Shown here piece after piece: positions 1 through 12,831 of a stretch of 64,000 bases of DNA; position 1 is the stretch's first letter, and each line of letters starts with the position of its first letter. The DNA is from the human T2T-CHM13v2.0 reference genome, Homo sapiens. Location: NCBI RefSeq assembly GCF_009914755.1, contig NC_060925.1. The stretch is one strand, 5' to 3'. A model generated the notes under the pieces. That model did not search any database and was not told the origin of the DNA. It saw only the letters and a program-made list of their open reading frames with translations. The position numbers and the translations under genes were made by a program.

Positions 1-1594
1 GTATGGGCATTTGCTGCCATGCTTTCCGGTTCTGTTCTCAGAGGTGGTGAAAGAGTGCAGATTTGTCCCAATGTTTGGGTGCTGCACTCAAAGATGGTTA
101 GAACGTGGGAGAGGACGTGCAACTTCAGTTTAGTGGAGGGTAATGTGGTGGCAGGGTTTGGGCATGTAGGAAGGCTTTTAACTTATTTTTTTCCCATGTC
201 AGGTTTCTATTGCACAAAAGGGTACAGGATTGAATTTTTTACCGGCTGGGAGTTATATTCCTGTGGAATGGGGAAACTCAGTGTGGATCCATATCGAACT
301 TCTCAAACAATCTAATGCGGATGTAAATCCAGGTTTGGGGGTATCATTTTTACAAAGCAGTGTCTTTTTTCAGGGTATGTGCTGGTCTTTTTGTATTTTT
401 TCTCTTTTCTAGCTTCCTGCTTTAAACCTCATCCTTTTTTCTTAAGCTTGGGGCTAGCTGCGTATTGCATGAGGGATATGTGAATGTTGCACTTGGGGAG
501 GGGGTGGTAGGGACAACTCATGAACATCTGCTAATGAAATATGTCACTCAGTATGTGCACAATATCAAGAAGACTGTGTGTCACTTGGCAGATCTTTGAG
601 TGTAAGGCAGCTCCGTCTGGATTAAGAATTATTTGTGTGTGGGGGGGGTGGCTATATGAAGACTGGGACTTCAGATAGGCATTCCTACGTTTCTGAGTGA
701 TGAATGGGGCGGGGGGGCACACACCATGCAAAACCTGGCCCTGTGTTAGAGGTTGTCTCAACTTAATGGTAGCTCTGTGCACACAAGTATAAGGGCTTAT
801 GTGTACGTGTGTTTACCAGCTCTGTCCCTCCCGCTTTGTGTGATGTATGAATGAAAGAGAATTCATTAGGAGGCATTGGGAAGAAACCCTGTCTTTTAAA
901 TTCTTGCCTTTCATTCACATTTATAGCTGAGGGTTTTTAAAGTATAGAGGTCTTATTTGTCCATAAAAAGATGATTACCAAAAGAATATTTTATTTTCTG
1001 TTTTTAAAGCAAGCTGCTTCCTGGATGACTGAAATCCACATTGGCATCTCCCAGCAGCGGCTTGAAACACTGCCCACGTGGCCCATGTGCCTCTGGTAGC
1101 ACTATCCCAGCCTCCGTCTGCTCCCAGGAAGAAAGGGCCAGGCTAAAAGGCTGGGAGACATTGGATGTTAGGCAGTTGCTTGTAGCTCTGACACCATGAA
1201 AGGAATTCCTAGCACTGGATGTGTAAAGTTACCTTTTAGGTTTGCCCAAATGGCACCAGGGCAACCCCAGAGATGGGCTGAAGAGAACCACCCACTTGGC
1301 ATTGATCACTTTCCCCATTCCTGCTGTTGCCCATCCTCATTTCCTTCAGGAGCTGGGTTGTCCACCCAGAATGTCTGAAAGATACCCTTGCTCTTGGCCC
1401 CCCACCTCCTCAAAACAGTCCAGGGAGGAGGAGGTCTCCTTCCCTCTCTCTGCTATAGTACGGGGGGGGGGGGTGCTCCTGCCCAGGCTTCCTACCCTGT
1501 GCTCCTTCCAGGGCATGTCTTGAGTGTTTAACAAGCAATGATTCAGAAACCTGTGGCTTTAGTTTATTTACATTTTCATATATCTACTTTTTAA

Positions 1595-1905
1595 GTTCAT
1601 TCCAAATGGTAGATTCTGGAGATACGGCAATGAAGAAGGCACTCTTTTTGCCCTTAGTGAGCTCACACGCTAGTCAAAGTGCCAACAAATAAAAAGGCAG
1701 TTATAGTACTATACAGTGAGATAAGATCCAATAGGGGTTAACCCAGGACACTATGGGAGCTTCTAAGAGGGGCACTAGCCCTGTTTTGGGGAGCAGGGAG
1801 GTTTATTAGAAGAGCTGATGTCTGATCAGTAATCTAAAGGGTGAAGGGGAATTATCTGGGTAAAGGGAGGTAATGGGATGCTTTCCAGCAAGGGGGAATG
1901 AAGTA
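1595..1905 (-). mobile_element. L2 LINE 3' fragment
   Basis: Resembles reverse of L2 3' end (ggagatacggcaatgaagaag...gcccttagtgagctcaca...ctatgggagc). Confidence 0.6.
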
Positions 1906-2110
1906 TTTGTTAGAAACATAACTGCTTCACAGGTGAAACCTCATGGCAAATGGTATTCATGAGAGATAAAAAATGAGGGGTTCGGGGGGAGAGAGAGAGA
2001 GATGGAGAAGTACAGGAAGCAAACAAACACGCAGAGGGAGGGAGAGACAGAGACAGATGGGCAGAGAGGAAAAGCTGGATGGTCGGGAGATGGCGAGACA
2101 GAGAGAGGAC

Positions 2111-2278
2111 CACAGAATCATGCATTGTTAGGGCCAGAGGGAACCAGAGCAGACATCCACAAGCCCCTCATTTTAAAGATAAGAAAATGGAGGCAAAGAA
2201 AGGCTAAATAATTTGCCAGAGTCCCAAAGGTGTTTAGTTGGAATGCTGAGTGAGGAAACTAGATCTCCAGCTTCCAGT
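2111..2278 (-). mobile_element. MIR3/MIR SINE
   Basis: cccctcattttaaagataagaaaatggaggc...ctagatctcc resembles reversed MIR core. Confidence 0.65.
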
Positions 2279-2545
2279 GGGTTGCAGAAAGAGGAGACAG
2301 AGGGAGACACGTAGGGCGAGAGCAAAGTCAGAGATGGAGGGAAGAAAGCTAGGTAAAAGCACGGCTGGCTGAGATTCACTGGCGTCTCACTGTCAGGATT
2401 ATGGTGTGGAGTGAAAGCAGGGAAAGTTTAGATGACAACTCAGCTGGGTTTCTTTCTTTTCCTTTCCCCTCTACCTTTTCCTCTTTCTCACTTTCTCTTT
2501 CCCTTTCCAACCACATCTTGCCTACAACTAGATGTCAGGGAACTG

Positions 2546-2559
2546 GTTGCCATGGCTAC
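2546..2559. promoter_or_regulatory. RFX X-box motif
   Basis: gttgccatggctac, 13/14 match to GTTGCCATGGCAAC, in non-repeat DNA. Confidence 0.5.
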
Positions 2560-2632
2560 TAAATAGCATTCGCGCAAGCTGAATTATTAAACCAGGGTCT
2601 TTTCTTTGAAGCCCTGGTCCCAGTATGAAGTC

Positions 2633-2647
2633 CCGTTAGGGGGCGTC
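2633..2647 (+). promoter_or_regulatory. CTCF-like motif
   Basis: ccgttagggggcgtc resembles the CCASYAGRKGGCRS core; CpGs retained. Confidence 0.35.
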
Positions 2648-3358
2648 ATGTGGGGCATAGGTCTGAGCCAGGGTGCTTTCTTGCAGGTCTGGCTGAAAAC
2701 CGAGAGGACAGGGAGGGCATCTTGGGCACTGGGCTCTTTCCCTTGCTAGATGTATAGAGGTCTGGGGGTGGGGGGAGGTGCACCAGCGCGGGTGGAGGGA
2801 TGGAGGGAGACAGGCCCTGTGTGCTGCTGAGAAGAATTCCTGCATCCCAGCCTGGTTCCCCTACCTCCTCTGTCTAGAGCAGCAGCCACAACTCATTCAA
2901 ATGGGACAAGAACAAAAACCAATCTTTTTGTTATGTCTGAAAGGACACCATATCGTTCTAAGTAGTTGTTACTTGTGGCCAGGGAAGGAAGAAATAAAAT
3001 GGCAGGTATGTCCGGGGGATCATACTTGGGCATCTGGCATTGAGCCCCCTGCATGGATAGGTAAAGGGAATGGGTTGTGGGATCATCTTGTTGGTGAGCA
3101 TCCCATGCTCCCAATTGTGTGAATGCATTGTCAGAGATAGTCTTGTTTGTGGGTACAATTGCTGTTTGTTTTGACGGTGGAGAGGAGCGGGTATGGACAC
3201 TCTGCTCTTTAGAAGATTCCAAGCCAGGAAAACCATCAGCCGTCTGGTATCCTAGCTCTTTAAACTTTTTCATTAAAAAAAAAAAAAACCCACACATAGT
3301 AGAGTGAATGCTCCTGCTACGGGCTGAGGGGAGAAGGCCTGGGTGGCTGGTAACTATG

Positions 3359-3360
<2 letters not shown>

Positions 3361-3402
<42 letters not shown>
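3361..3402. repeat. (GT)21 microsatellite
   Basis: Direct read of a perfect dinucleotide array. Confidence 0.98.
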
Positions 3403-3406
<4 letters not shown>

Positions 3407-5169
3407 TGGGGTAGTGGTGGGGGCATGAAGAGTATATTTTGGGGTTCATGGAGTTATTCTCCTTCCCCCGAGCTCCAGCAGATTCTGAGGTAATTTCTTA
3501 AAGTGGGGAAAATCTCCTCCTCTCCTTCACCATGTTGTGCTTCTGACCTGGGGGTTTGAATCCTACGGCCAGGCTCTTCTCAAGGGCTCAGGAGAGGCCC
3601 CCACTGCACTCTTATGCTTGAACAGAAAAACCAACCAACCAAACAACCTTTTGATATGGGAAACCAGACCTCCAAGACTGTTCTAAAAATCTATCAGCCT
3701 CTGAAAAACTGAGGTGTAGCCCTGATTTTTTTCCTAATGCCCTGCCAGAACAGTTTTTTTTCTTTTTAATGTCAGGCTAAAGCCCAGCTTTTGAAAGTCT
3801 GATTCATTGACTCAATTCTTTTCAGGCTTGGTGAGAATTTTCAGGACTTACCTGGCCCTGGGGCCAACGTCCTGGCTCCTCACAGCATGAGCCTCTCAAG
3901 CAGACCTTCTGGGGGTAAATTGGGAACTAGCCAAGGAGGGTACATAGCCACCCTTTTCCTGCCACAGCTGAGGAAAGGTGAGAGGAGCTGTTGGCATGGT
4001 GGCTATTTAGTTCCCTTCAGTGCACGTTTCCACTGTGTGCCAGGCTCTGCCCTCAGCCATGGAAACTCATGGCCAAGTAGGAGGGCCAGCTGTCGTCATT
4101 CAGCCCTGGCCACCCTCAAGCGAGGCCTTCTGAGGACTTGACCCACCTGGGCCAAGGCTAAGCCAAAGCAATGAGTGGAGAGGGAGAGAACGCTTCTCTT
4201 TCTCTCCCTCCTCCTTCCCTGTGACTCCCTTCTCTTCTTGTCCCTTCCAATCCCACTGCCTCCTCTTCTCTCTTTTTCTGGAGCCCCTCTCTTCTCTGAC
4301 TCTGAGCTCCTGGAGGACAGGAGGCAGTTGTTCATAAGCCACCTGCCAAAGCCTCCCTAGGGACCCTGCTGGGCCTTGTAAAGATGGGTGGGTGGGACGG
4401 AAAGTCATTACCTGCAGGGTTCTGGGAGACATTTCTATTATTTTTGAGGGAAAGATATGCAGAGAGCCAGAGAAATGGGGGAGAGGATACCCTAGAGGGA
4501 TTCAGGTCTAGGAAGCCTTGGAAACGCCAGTTTGACTCAGTTTTGGGGCTGTTGATTTTTTTGTGCTCCTTAACTGCCCACAGGAAACAGGGTCTCCCTT
4601 AGAGCCCCCAGCTAGCTCCTGGAGACCTTCAGAGAGCCTCTGGATCAGTCCACAGGCAGCGAACAGGCTCTGCATCGGGCTGGGGCTTCCCTTGGGAAGA
4701 GTCTGGCTCAGGGGCTGGTCCCCTACACCTCTCCTTCCCCCTTAACTTGATCCTTGAAGCCCCCAGTTCTCTTGTTTCTTTTTAGATGTAATCATGTTTT
4801 TCCTCTCCCTGCCCAGTAAGGCCAGCGGCCAGGACCCTGGTGAGGTCCAGAGCTGGAGCCCAGGAAGGGGCCATCCCGCCCGCAAACGAGAATCGGGTAC
4901 TCCAGTGGAAATCGCCCGCGGAAGTTTGAGGTTATTGAACTTTTCCACAGAAACCCTGACCTAAATTCTTGACCTCAGGCTGTTTACAACACAAATCCCC
5001 GCCTAAATGAAGCCTCGTGGTGCCCCCCTCCCCCCGCCCGCCGCCCCCAGCCCCGGGTGTACGCGCGCTCACGCCGGCGTTCAGCTCCCACCCTCCCGCC
5101 GCTCCCTTGCCGCCTCGCGCGTGCCGCCCGTGTCTGGACAGCGCTATATTCTGCTGTCTGGATATAGCT

Positions 5170-5536
5170 CTCTTCCCTCCTCCTTTGTTAGTCCCTGGTC
5201 TGCCCTCTCGGGTGGTGGGCATGTATGCGAGTTCTCTTTCTGATTGCCAGAAATTTCTTTTCCACTGTGTGAGCAAGAGACAGATTTTTTTAAATTGTCT
5301 CTCTTCTCTTTTATTTATTTTGTTCTCCATTTGTGGCCCTCACCTCCGCCTGCCTTCCTTCCCCATTCTTTCTGTGGATTCCTCCTTCTTCCCCCTTCAA
5401 TTTCACCATTTCTCCTCCCCCGTCTTCGCCCTCCCATCCCCACCCCTTTCCCCTTTTAAAATAATTCAGTGATGTCTCGGGAATACTAGCACACCCTCTT
5501 CATTCAGCTGAGCGCGGGACTCTGCATTAATTCAAG
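5170..5536 (+). other. Putative non-coding first exon (5' UTR) of a large plus-strand gene; start uncertain
   Basis: Inside the CpG island, pyrimidine-rich, ends at donor AAG|GTAAGC; downstream L1/LTR elements mostly antisense; no long ORF. Confidence 0.65.
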
Positions 5537-5710
5537 GTAAGCCCCGGGTTTTTACTGCCAGAGATGTGTCTGTCTTGCGCCCCGCATGCACTGCCTGCGG
5601 GGCTGCGCTGCACTCCCCGGCGGCGCCACGGGTCTGGCCCCCGCGCTTCTACGTGTTGGGGGGATGCATGGACCTTGGAGATCCGTAGTTGGCCCTAACC
5701 TTCTCGGAAT

Positions 5711-5765
5711 CTCCTCTGCACGCGCTGCCTGTTCCTCCTCTGCACGCTCTGTCCGTTCCTTTGCA
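5711..5765. repeat. 24-bp tandem duplication (~2.3 copies)
   Basis: ctcctctgcacgcgctgcctgttc / ctcctctgcacgctctgtccgttc / ctttgca. Confidence 0.85.
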
Positions 5766-7021
5766 ACTTCCGTGGGAATTGTCCTGGCGTGGGAAACGCC
5801 CCCGCGCTCTTTGGCACTTAGGGTGTGAGTGTTGCGCCCCTTGCCGCAGCGCTCAGGGCAGCATCCCGCTCGAGGATGCAGGGTTCTCACCAAGCAGTGA
5901 GGGGGACTCACGCGCCGCCGGGGAGCGGAGCCAGGCTCCGAGAAGGGAGCAGGCTCGAGCCGCTGGGTTTTCGCAAGCCTTGGGGCCTCTGGCCGCCCTT
6001 CCATGCCTCCGGGCGCGGGCGGCTCAGCAGGTCCCCGGCTTCGGGAAGTTTTGTGCGCGGATCGCTGGTGGGGAGGGCGCGCGGGCCAGTGGCTGAGCTT
6101 GCAGCGAAGTTTCCGTGAAGGAAACTGCATGTGCCTTTGGAGGCGACTCGGGACTGCTGTAGGGTGGACTGGGTGTCTATGGAGTTGCGGGTCAGAGCGA
6201 GTAGGGTGGGTCCTTTCCTGGGACAGGACTGGGAATTGGGGCTCGAAGTAGGGGAGGAAAGAGCACAGAGGAAGCCAGGCTGCATAGGGTGACTTGCTTT
6301 TTGATCCGGCTTGAGTCTCCTTGTGCGAGAGTGGTTGTGCGTCCTTTCCCAGGGATGGAACATCCAGTTTTCTGTGCTTTTTTGCTTTGTGCCCATGTCT
6401 TGGAGAGAATAATGGGAGACACTAACCCACCGACGTCTCCCTTGAGATCGCGGCTTCCTCCTTGCGCAGAGGACTGAGGTCACTTGCTGCAGTCGTGTCT
6501 GTGAGTCTGGCTGCTCAGAGCAGATGATTCAGGCTGTGGGTGCGTGCAGAGATCTGGGGGCTTGTCGTAATGGTTCACCGTGTTGGAACATTGATGCATA
6601 CTTACTCTTGGCTGAGAATCACACTGTGTCATAGAGGAAAGGCTGGGAGTCAGGATAAGCTTAATCCACAGAGCAGGCTGAACTCAGAGAAGTGTTTTCC
6701 TGCAAGGAAAGGATGTTTCTGATGCTTAAATAAGGGCATTACTTTATCTCCACTGAGGTCAGAACCAGAGGAAAAGGGGCTTTCTCTCCTGGGGTTGGGA
6801 TTTGGGCTAGACACCAGGAAAAAACTTCCCATTTGCAATTCCAAGATAAATTGCTAATGGGATATAGAACTTCCACTGTAAATACGTGGGTCTTGTAGGA
6901 TGGTGCAGCGATTTCTACCATCTAAACTAAGATGACCATTTCTTGTTGTTTGATTCCATTCTACTGTTCTCTCACATGCTAAGTTTCTGACCAGCTAAGA
7001 AGTTTTTTACCACTTTGTAGT

Positions 7022-7110
7022 ATAGTGTAATCATATCATTTATGATTGACTGATTGTCCAAGCTGGGACATTTCTGAGAGTGGACAGAGATGTTGGTAAT
7101 AATTACACAT
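7022..7110 (+). mobile_element. MER94-like hAT-Blackjack fragment
   Basis: gtccaagctgggacatttctgagagtg...taataattacac resembles the MER94 5' half. Confidence 0.55.
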
Positions 7111-7854
7111 GGCCAATGAAGACTCCCATGCAGATAGAGATAAATGATTGCCCTAAGAGTGACTGTATTTATGCTAGGTTAGAGGTAGGGATAATTCAAG
7201 AGGCAACATGTGTTGGTTTCATGTCATTTGGATCTTGCATCGTTTTTCCTGACTCAGATTTCTAATGGGCTTTATTTCAGTTCCCTCTGAAAATCCAGCT
7301 CTCAAATACAAATCTCTGTCCTTTGATGAACACCTTTTTCTCCAATTACATGAGTCCCTCTGAAATGCCCATTCCTGGAGTGGAGCTTCATGCTCTAACT
7401 CTGCAGGGATGACAAACTGAGAGTGATTTACATCTATTCCTCTGTCTTCTTGGTTGTATTTATGAGTCTGGGACTCCCAGGAGGCTGTCCTTCTGCCAGG
7501 AATTGTGAGTGTTGTGGTGATGGTAGCATGATATACAGTGACCCACAGAGTCACATGGTTGAGCTATCGGATCATCGCTGTCACAGCGCCTCCACTCCTT
7601 GAAGGCTAGGATGTGTGTGTTGAGTGTGAGAGAGAAGGAAGAGGAAAAAAAATCCTACATGTCTGGATTTCAAACTGAGAAACTCATGTTCAAGAAGCAT
7701 CCTATTGTGGAGAAATGTCTGTTTTTTACTTCCTTGCTTGTGTGAGGGAGTGATGAGGACTCTTACGGATGTGTCAGTCACACCTCCATCCCCCTTGCAG
7801 CCCATAAATCTGCCAGACAGCTAAGTTCCTGCAGGGCCTCAAAAAGTGTAGTTA

Positions 7855-8067
7855 CCATTGATTGATTGCTTATTGCTATATTTTCCAAATATTATACCAA
7901 GCAGCTTCCAGGCATTTTCATAATTAATTGTTAACCAATCCTATTAAGTAGGTATCCCCATTTTATAGATGAGGAAACTGATGCTCAGAAAAGTTAACTA
8001 ACTTTCTCAAGTTCACCCAGCTAGTAGGAGGCAGAGCTGGGATTTGAACCCAGGCTAGCTGACTCCC
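7855..8067 (-). mobile_element. MIR SINE
   Basis: ccccattttatagatgaggaaactga...gggatttgaacccagg. Confidence 0.9.
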
Positions 8068-8259
8068 TGCACACGAGGTTGACCCTTTGTGCTGAAGTTG
8101 ATGGCATCTGACTCACAGAGTTAGTCCCAGCTGCTCAGCCTGGGGGGTGATGGCTGGTTCCAGAGTGGGGTAGATTGGCCAGTCTGCTCGGCCATCCTGA
8201 CTGGTCCTTAACTGATGTTACCCCCGTTTTTTCTGTCAGCAGTGTCCTTGCTTGGTGTC

Positions 8260-8692
8260 CGTCTTAGTCCATTTTGCTTTGCCATAAAGGAATACCTGAG
8301 GCTGGATAATTTATTTTAAAAAAAGAGGTTTATTTGGGTTATGGCTCTGCAGGCTGTACAAGAAGCATGGTGCCAACATCCGTTTCTGGTGAAGGCTTCA
8401 GGAAGCTTTCACTCTTTGTGGAAAGGGAAGGGGAGCTGGTGTGTGCAGATCACAAGATGAGGGAGAAGCAAGAGAGAAGCAAGAGAGAGAGGAGGGAGGC
8501 TCTTTCTAACAACCAGATCTTGTGGCAATTAATAGAAAGAGAATGCATTCATTACCTCAAGGATGGTGCCAAGCCATTCATGAGGGATCAGCCCCCATGA
8601 CCCAAACACCTCTCACTAGGTCCCCAACTCCAACACTGGGGGTCACATTTCAGCATGAGATTTGGAAGGGATGAACAACCAAACTTTGTGTG
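8260..8692 (-). mobile_element. MST-family MaLR solo LTR (MSTA/MSTB-like)
   Basis: gtcttagtccattttgc...aaggaatacctgaggctgg...cccatgacccaaacacc...cagcatgagatttgg. Confidence 0.9.
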
Positions 8693-10739
8693 TCTTCCAC
8701 TTTTTGCCTGGCAACCTAGATCTCACCACAGGGATCTCACCTCTGGATCCCAGTCCAGTGAGCTCATGAATCCTACCTGGGGTGGTGGAATTGTCTAATG
8801 GAAAGGCAGAGCGCATGTCACCATCTGATTTTCAGGGTTTGTCTGCACCTTAGTTATTGATGCCTGCTTCTCTCAGGATCATAGTCAGGTGAATCCAGTT
8901 GTCTCAGAGACTGACCATGGCCTAGATTGGAAAAGGCCTTCTCACTCCTTGGCTTCCCCAGAAATAGTTCTGTAGACTAGTAGGGGAACCAGACCATCAC
9001 TAGTTGATAGTGTGTTGGTTGGGTCCCTCAGATCCTCTCTATCATAAAGGCAAAAATAGAGGCTCATGTAGATAATTCTAGGCATTGTCATTCCCACTTA
9101 CCCTGCAGCACAATAATTTACCAGACCAAGAACAGCATGGCTGGGGGGAAAGGAGGCAGGACGGAGATTGGGTCAGGATAGGGTAGTTAAAGAGTACTGC
9201 GTGGGAGACTTCATTTCTACCCAACTCAGCCTCTCTAAGAAGCCATGTGACCTTGTGCAAATCGGTAACCTAGTTGGGCCTCATTTAACTTGTCTGAAAA
9301 TGAAGGTTGGGATATTTTCTAGCTTCAGCAGTCCCACAATTCAGGGTGGCTTTCTGCTCTGTGCTCTGTAAATCTGAGGCAGAACCACGCCTTTTCTCTT
9401 CCCTTCTACTGGGGGAGGGTAGGCGGGGCAGATGGGGCTTATGGACAGGAGTTAGATGGAGGGCCATGGAAGAAACCTTCTGGGTGGAGCAGCGACTGCC
9501 CTTGGTCTCCTATAGGCAGGCCTCAGCCCAGTTCTGGTCTGGAAAAATTGGGTAGCTCAGCTGGTCAGGGATGAGTAGATGAGATGCTGGCATATATTAC
9601 TTTGCATTCCCAACAAGTGAGGGAGAATTGGGAAAAGCAGGAAATACAATACTATACTAACAACCATCTACAATATGCCCTGAATGATTATCTGAGCAGT
9701 GGGGGAAGAGGGTGGGGGTGAGAGATAGGACAAAGGGAGAAGGAGAGACATGGTCTTTGTCCTCCTGGTGCTGACAGTGTGGGGAGAGCCTGGAACTAGG
9801 CCATTGGACCAAGTATACATGTTACAAACTATAAAGCCATTCAGAACCAAAAAGCCCCTTGCAAAACCATTTTTACAAACAGTTGTAACAAATAGTTAGA
9901 GTTGTTTATGTGCAAATAAAGTACCTTCCTGGCAGAAGCGAAGATGTGTGGTACCTTTCTCATTGTAACCTGGAAAACTGGTGTTATGAATGTCATCCTC
10001 ATCCCTGACATGAGGATTCAAGAAGGTTCTATTGTCTGCAATACATGCATGGACTTGGGGGTAACTGCACTGAATGAGGTTATAGAATGGGGCTCCTCCA
10101 AGGAAAGGCCTTCCCGTTTATGTTCATGTGTTATTGCTGTGGCAGATTCAGTCTCTGAATCACAGGGCCTTTGTAACTATGTGGATGACAGTTGAAAAAT
10201 AAAATTTCCTCCATAAACACTAGTCTGGGCTTGGGGTGAAGAGAGAGTGCTCTAGATTCTCAGTACAGGATTGGTAGTGACAGCAGCAGCTGAATGGGGC
10301 TGAGGGAGGGCACAGCCCCTGGGAGCACCAGGATGAAGGTGTGATGCTGTCTTGGGCACAACTGCGTATGGCACGGGAGTGCATCCGTCCCTGTGAGTTT
10401 TCATATAATTTCTAACCTGGGTAAAAAAATCTAGGGCTGCACCGATGGCCACACCTCTTATTGATGAAAATATCACTGTAGTTGCAAAAATGCAACTTGG
10501 TATCAAAGTAGTTCTCTGTGCCTTGCTGTCTTGCAGAGAGTATCTGTGTGTATGCCTCTCTTAAGTGCCTTTTGGGGTTCCTTCCCCTTTCTCATGAACC
10601 AAATGTGTACATGTGCTTTTTCCAGAAGGAATGAGAAAATAAAGATGCATGGTTCTTTCTCTTAAGTGATTGGTTTCTAGCTCTAAGTCCAGTACTTTAA
10701 TAAAGTATTTCTTTTATCAAATTATATATTCTCTGACGC

Positions 10740-10905
10740 TGGCATAGTGGATCTGGTCTTGTTCCAATCCATACTAGCTATATGACCACAAGAAAAGCAC
10801 TTAAACCTGCTGGGTCTCCACTTATTAATACACAGGCACAGAACTGTCTTTCAGAGAAGGGGAACTGGAGCCAATGGCCACTTGAGGCCCCTTCCCATGT
10901 TAGGA
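10740..10905 (+). mobile_element. MIR3 SINE
   Basis: ggcatagtgga...actagctatatgacc...cacttaaacct; diverged. Confidence 0.5.
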
Positions 10906-11509
10906 TCATTGACTGTCATATGATTCTGTCTCCCTTCCCTTCTCTCTCTTCTTCTATTATCTTTCTCCCTCTCTTACCCTTTACTAGTCATACAATAGGA
11001 TTTTTTTGTTTGCTATATTTACTGAATAGGAATTTTATTCTTTGTTCTTAATTTAAAAAGCTGTGAGGAACATTTTATATTTCTGCTTCTGAAAAGAAGG
11101 TAAATTGAGTTACTCTTGACTTATTTAGTCCTTGATTGATGTTTTCTTGAAAGTAATGATCCTAAATACAAAAAAGTTCCACCCTTTCCTTAGTGAGGGA
11201 TTCATAATGACAGGTAAACACACATCCAACTTCCGCCTTCTTTTTTTGTTGGATCTCAGACTCTGGGTTAATGAGCTATTCGGTGCTGAAGTCTGAGAGT
11301 CCTAGGTTCATCCAGGCAAGGAAAGCCAGCCTTCCAACCTCAGAACCTGAGCCCTGGTCCAGAGCAGCTCCCATGATGACTGGAGAGGAAGGAGCCTGGG
11401 CTTGGGGGGCAAAGCCCCTTATGTGAGCTCAGTTCTGTCACTGGGTGAAAAATCACTTAAGTTCTCCCTGCTTTCCCTTTCCTTTCTTCTACTCACCTTT
11501 CCCCTCTTC

Positions 11510-11805
11510 CCTCTTTCTGAAAATGTGTCCTGAGGTCCTGTTCTGGGCCAGGCACTGACTAGGATACTGGGAATAGAGCAATGAACGAGACAGCCAGATA
11601 TCATACTGTTGTGGAATTTATATTATATTGTAGGAAGAGAGAAACCATACATAGATAAGTAGATTTAGAAAAAAAATCAGACCGTAATGAATGGCATTTG
11701 GAGAATTAATAGAGGGTGATGTGGCAGTAACAGGGTCACACTTTAGATAGCAACATCAGGGAAGGCTTCTGAGGAGGTGATATTTAAGCCGAAGATCAGA
11801 ATGAT
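11510..11805 (-). mobile_element. L2 fragment, apparently nested in a MIR (11415-11470 / 11806-11890)
   Basis: gggccaggcactgactaggatactgggaatagagcaatgaac...catcagggaaggcttctgaggaggtgatattt. Confidence 0.75.
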
Positions 11806-12831
11806 AAAAATGAAATAGGATCTATATCACAGATTCTCTATGGCTATTATGAGGAATAAGTTAAATTGTATGCAGAAGTGTTTGAGACTATGAAATGAAT
11901 GCAGCACATTTTATATCTCATTGAGCAAAATTCTCTGAGGTTGAGCATTGTGATTAATTAATATTTGCAGTTTCAGTACCTAGCATAGTACTGAATGTAG
12001 GATGAATTAAATTATAAATGTAAATCGGGAGTTCAAAGGAAATGTTTAAGAAATAAATTAGATGATGCCTAGGACAGGCCTTTGTGGAAGGAAGATCCTG
12101 TTCCTTCCACTGTTGCCACTACTGGGCTTTCCTGGAGGTTTGCATCCATGAAGCCCCGGGAGAGTGGAGGTTCCCTGGGTTTACAGGGTACAGAGGGATG
12201 GAGAGGGACAGGCAATACTGAGGGAGTAGTGTTCTTGAGTAAGTTCCAGGTTGCTCTTCTTGCTTTTCAGGGTCTTCTTAACCCAGAGCGGACAGAGGTT
12301 AGCTTAGCAGGAATTGGGAAGAGATGTCCAGGCCTCCTTCCATCTCCTGCATCTGGGAGGGTGGCTGTTCTTCCCATGCTGCACAGGATGCAGACTTCAT
12401 AGCCTTTGCCTTCCTCCAGTGCTGCCACAGCTCTCTCTTCTCTCCAGCCCATCGTGCTCAGAGGGGCTCTCAGTCCACTCTGCGGACTGCTGACTGAGAC
12501 TTTGCAGACCTGCTCCCCTTCTCCCTGCTACCTGCCTGCCGGAAGAGTTGAGTCAACACAGCCCACCTCCTGCACCCAGAGCTGTGAGTCACAGTTGTTC
12601 AAACACGGAGGTGTGAATCACTCAACTTCTAGCCTTTGAGACATCTTGGGTGACAGCTGAGGGAGAAGGCTGTGTGTGTGTCCCTGCCCCTCACTTCCCT
12701 TTGGGTTTATCATGCTTCCTGCCCTTAGACCCTAGAGCTCAGACCTCACGGCCCTTCCCCAGGGCCACAAGACCAGTCTGGGGGTACATGGAGTGTTTAT
12801 TCACTCACATGGGAGGGGTCCTTAGGAAGAA

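Larger units (their letters stand above)
4845..6480. promoter_or_regulatory. CpG island / promoter
   Basis: High GC and dense CpG against a CpG-depleted background; GC boxes (5031-5048), ETS-like gcggaagt (4918), forkhead tgtttac (4981). Confidence 0.9.

Noticed and set aside
4845-5542. Assigning a gene name to the promoter and first exon
   Set aside because: No coding exon in the window and I do not recognise the UTR with confidence; needs BLAT
5552-6483. Overlapping 190-aa ORFs in the CpG island
   Set aside because: Stop-codon depletion from high GC; Pro/Arg/Ala-rich with no homology signal
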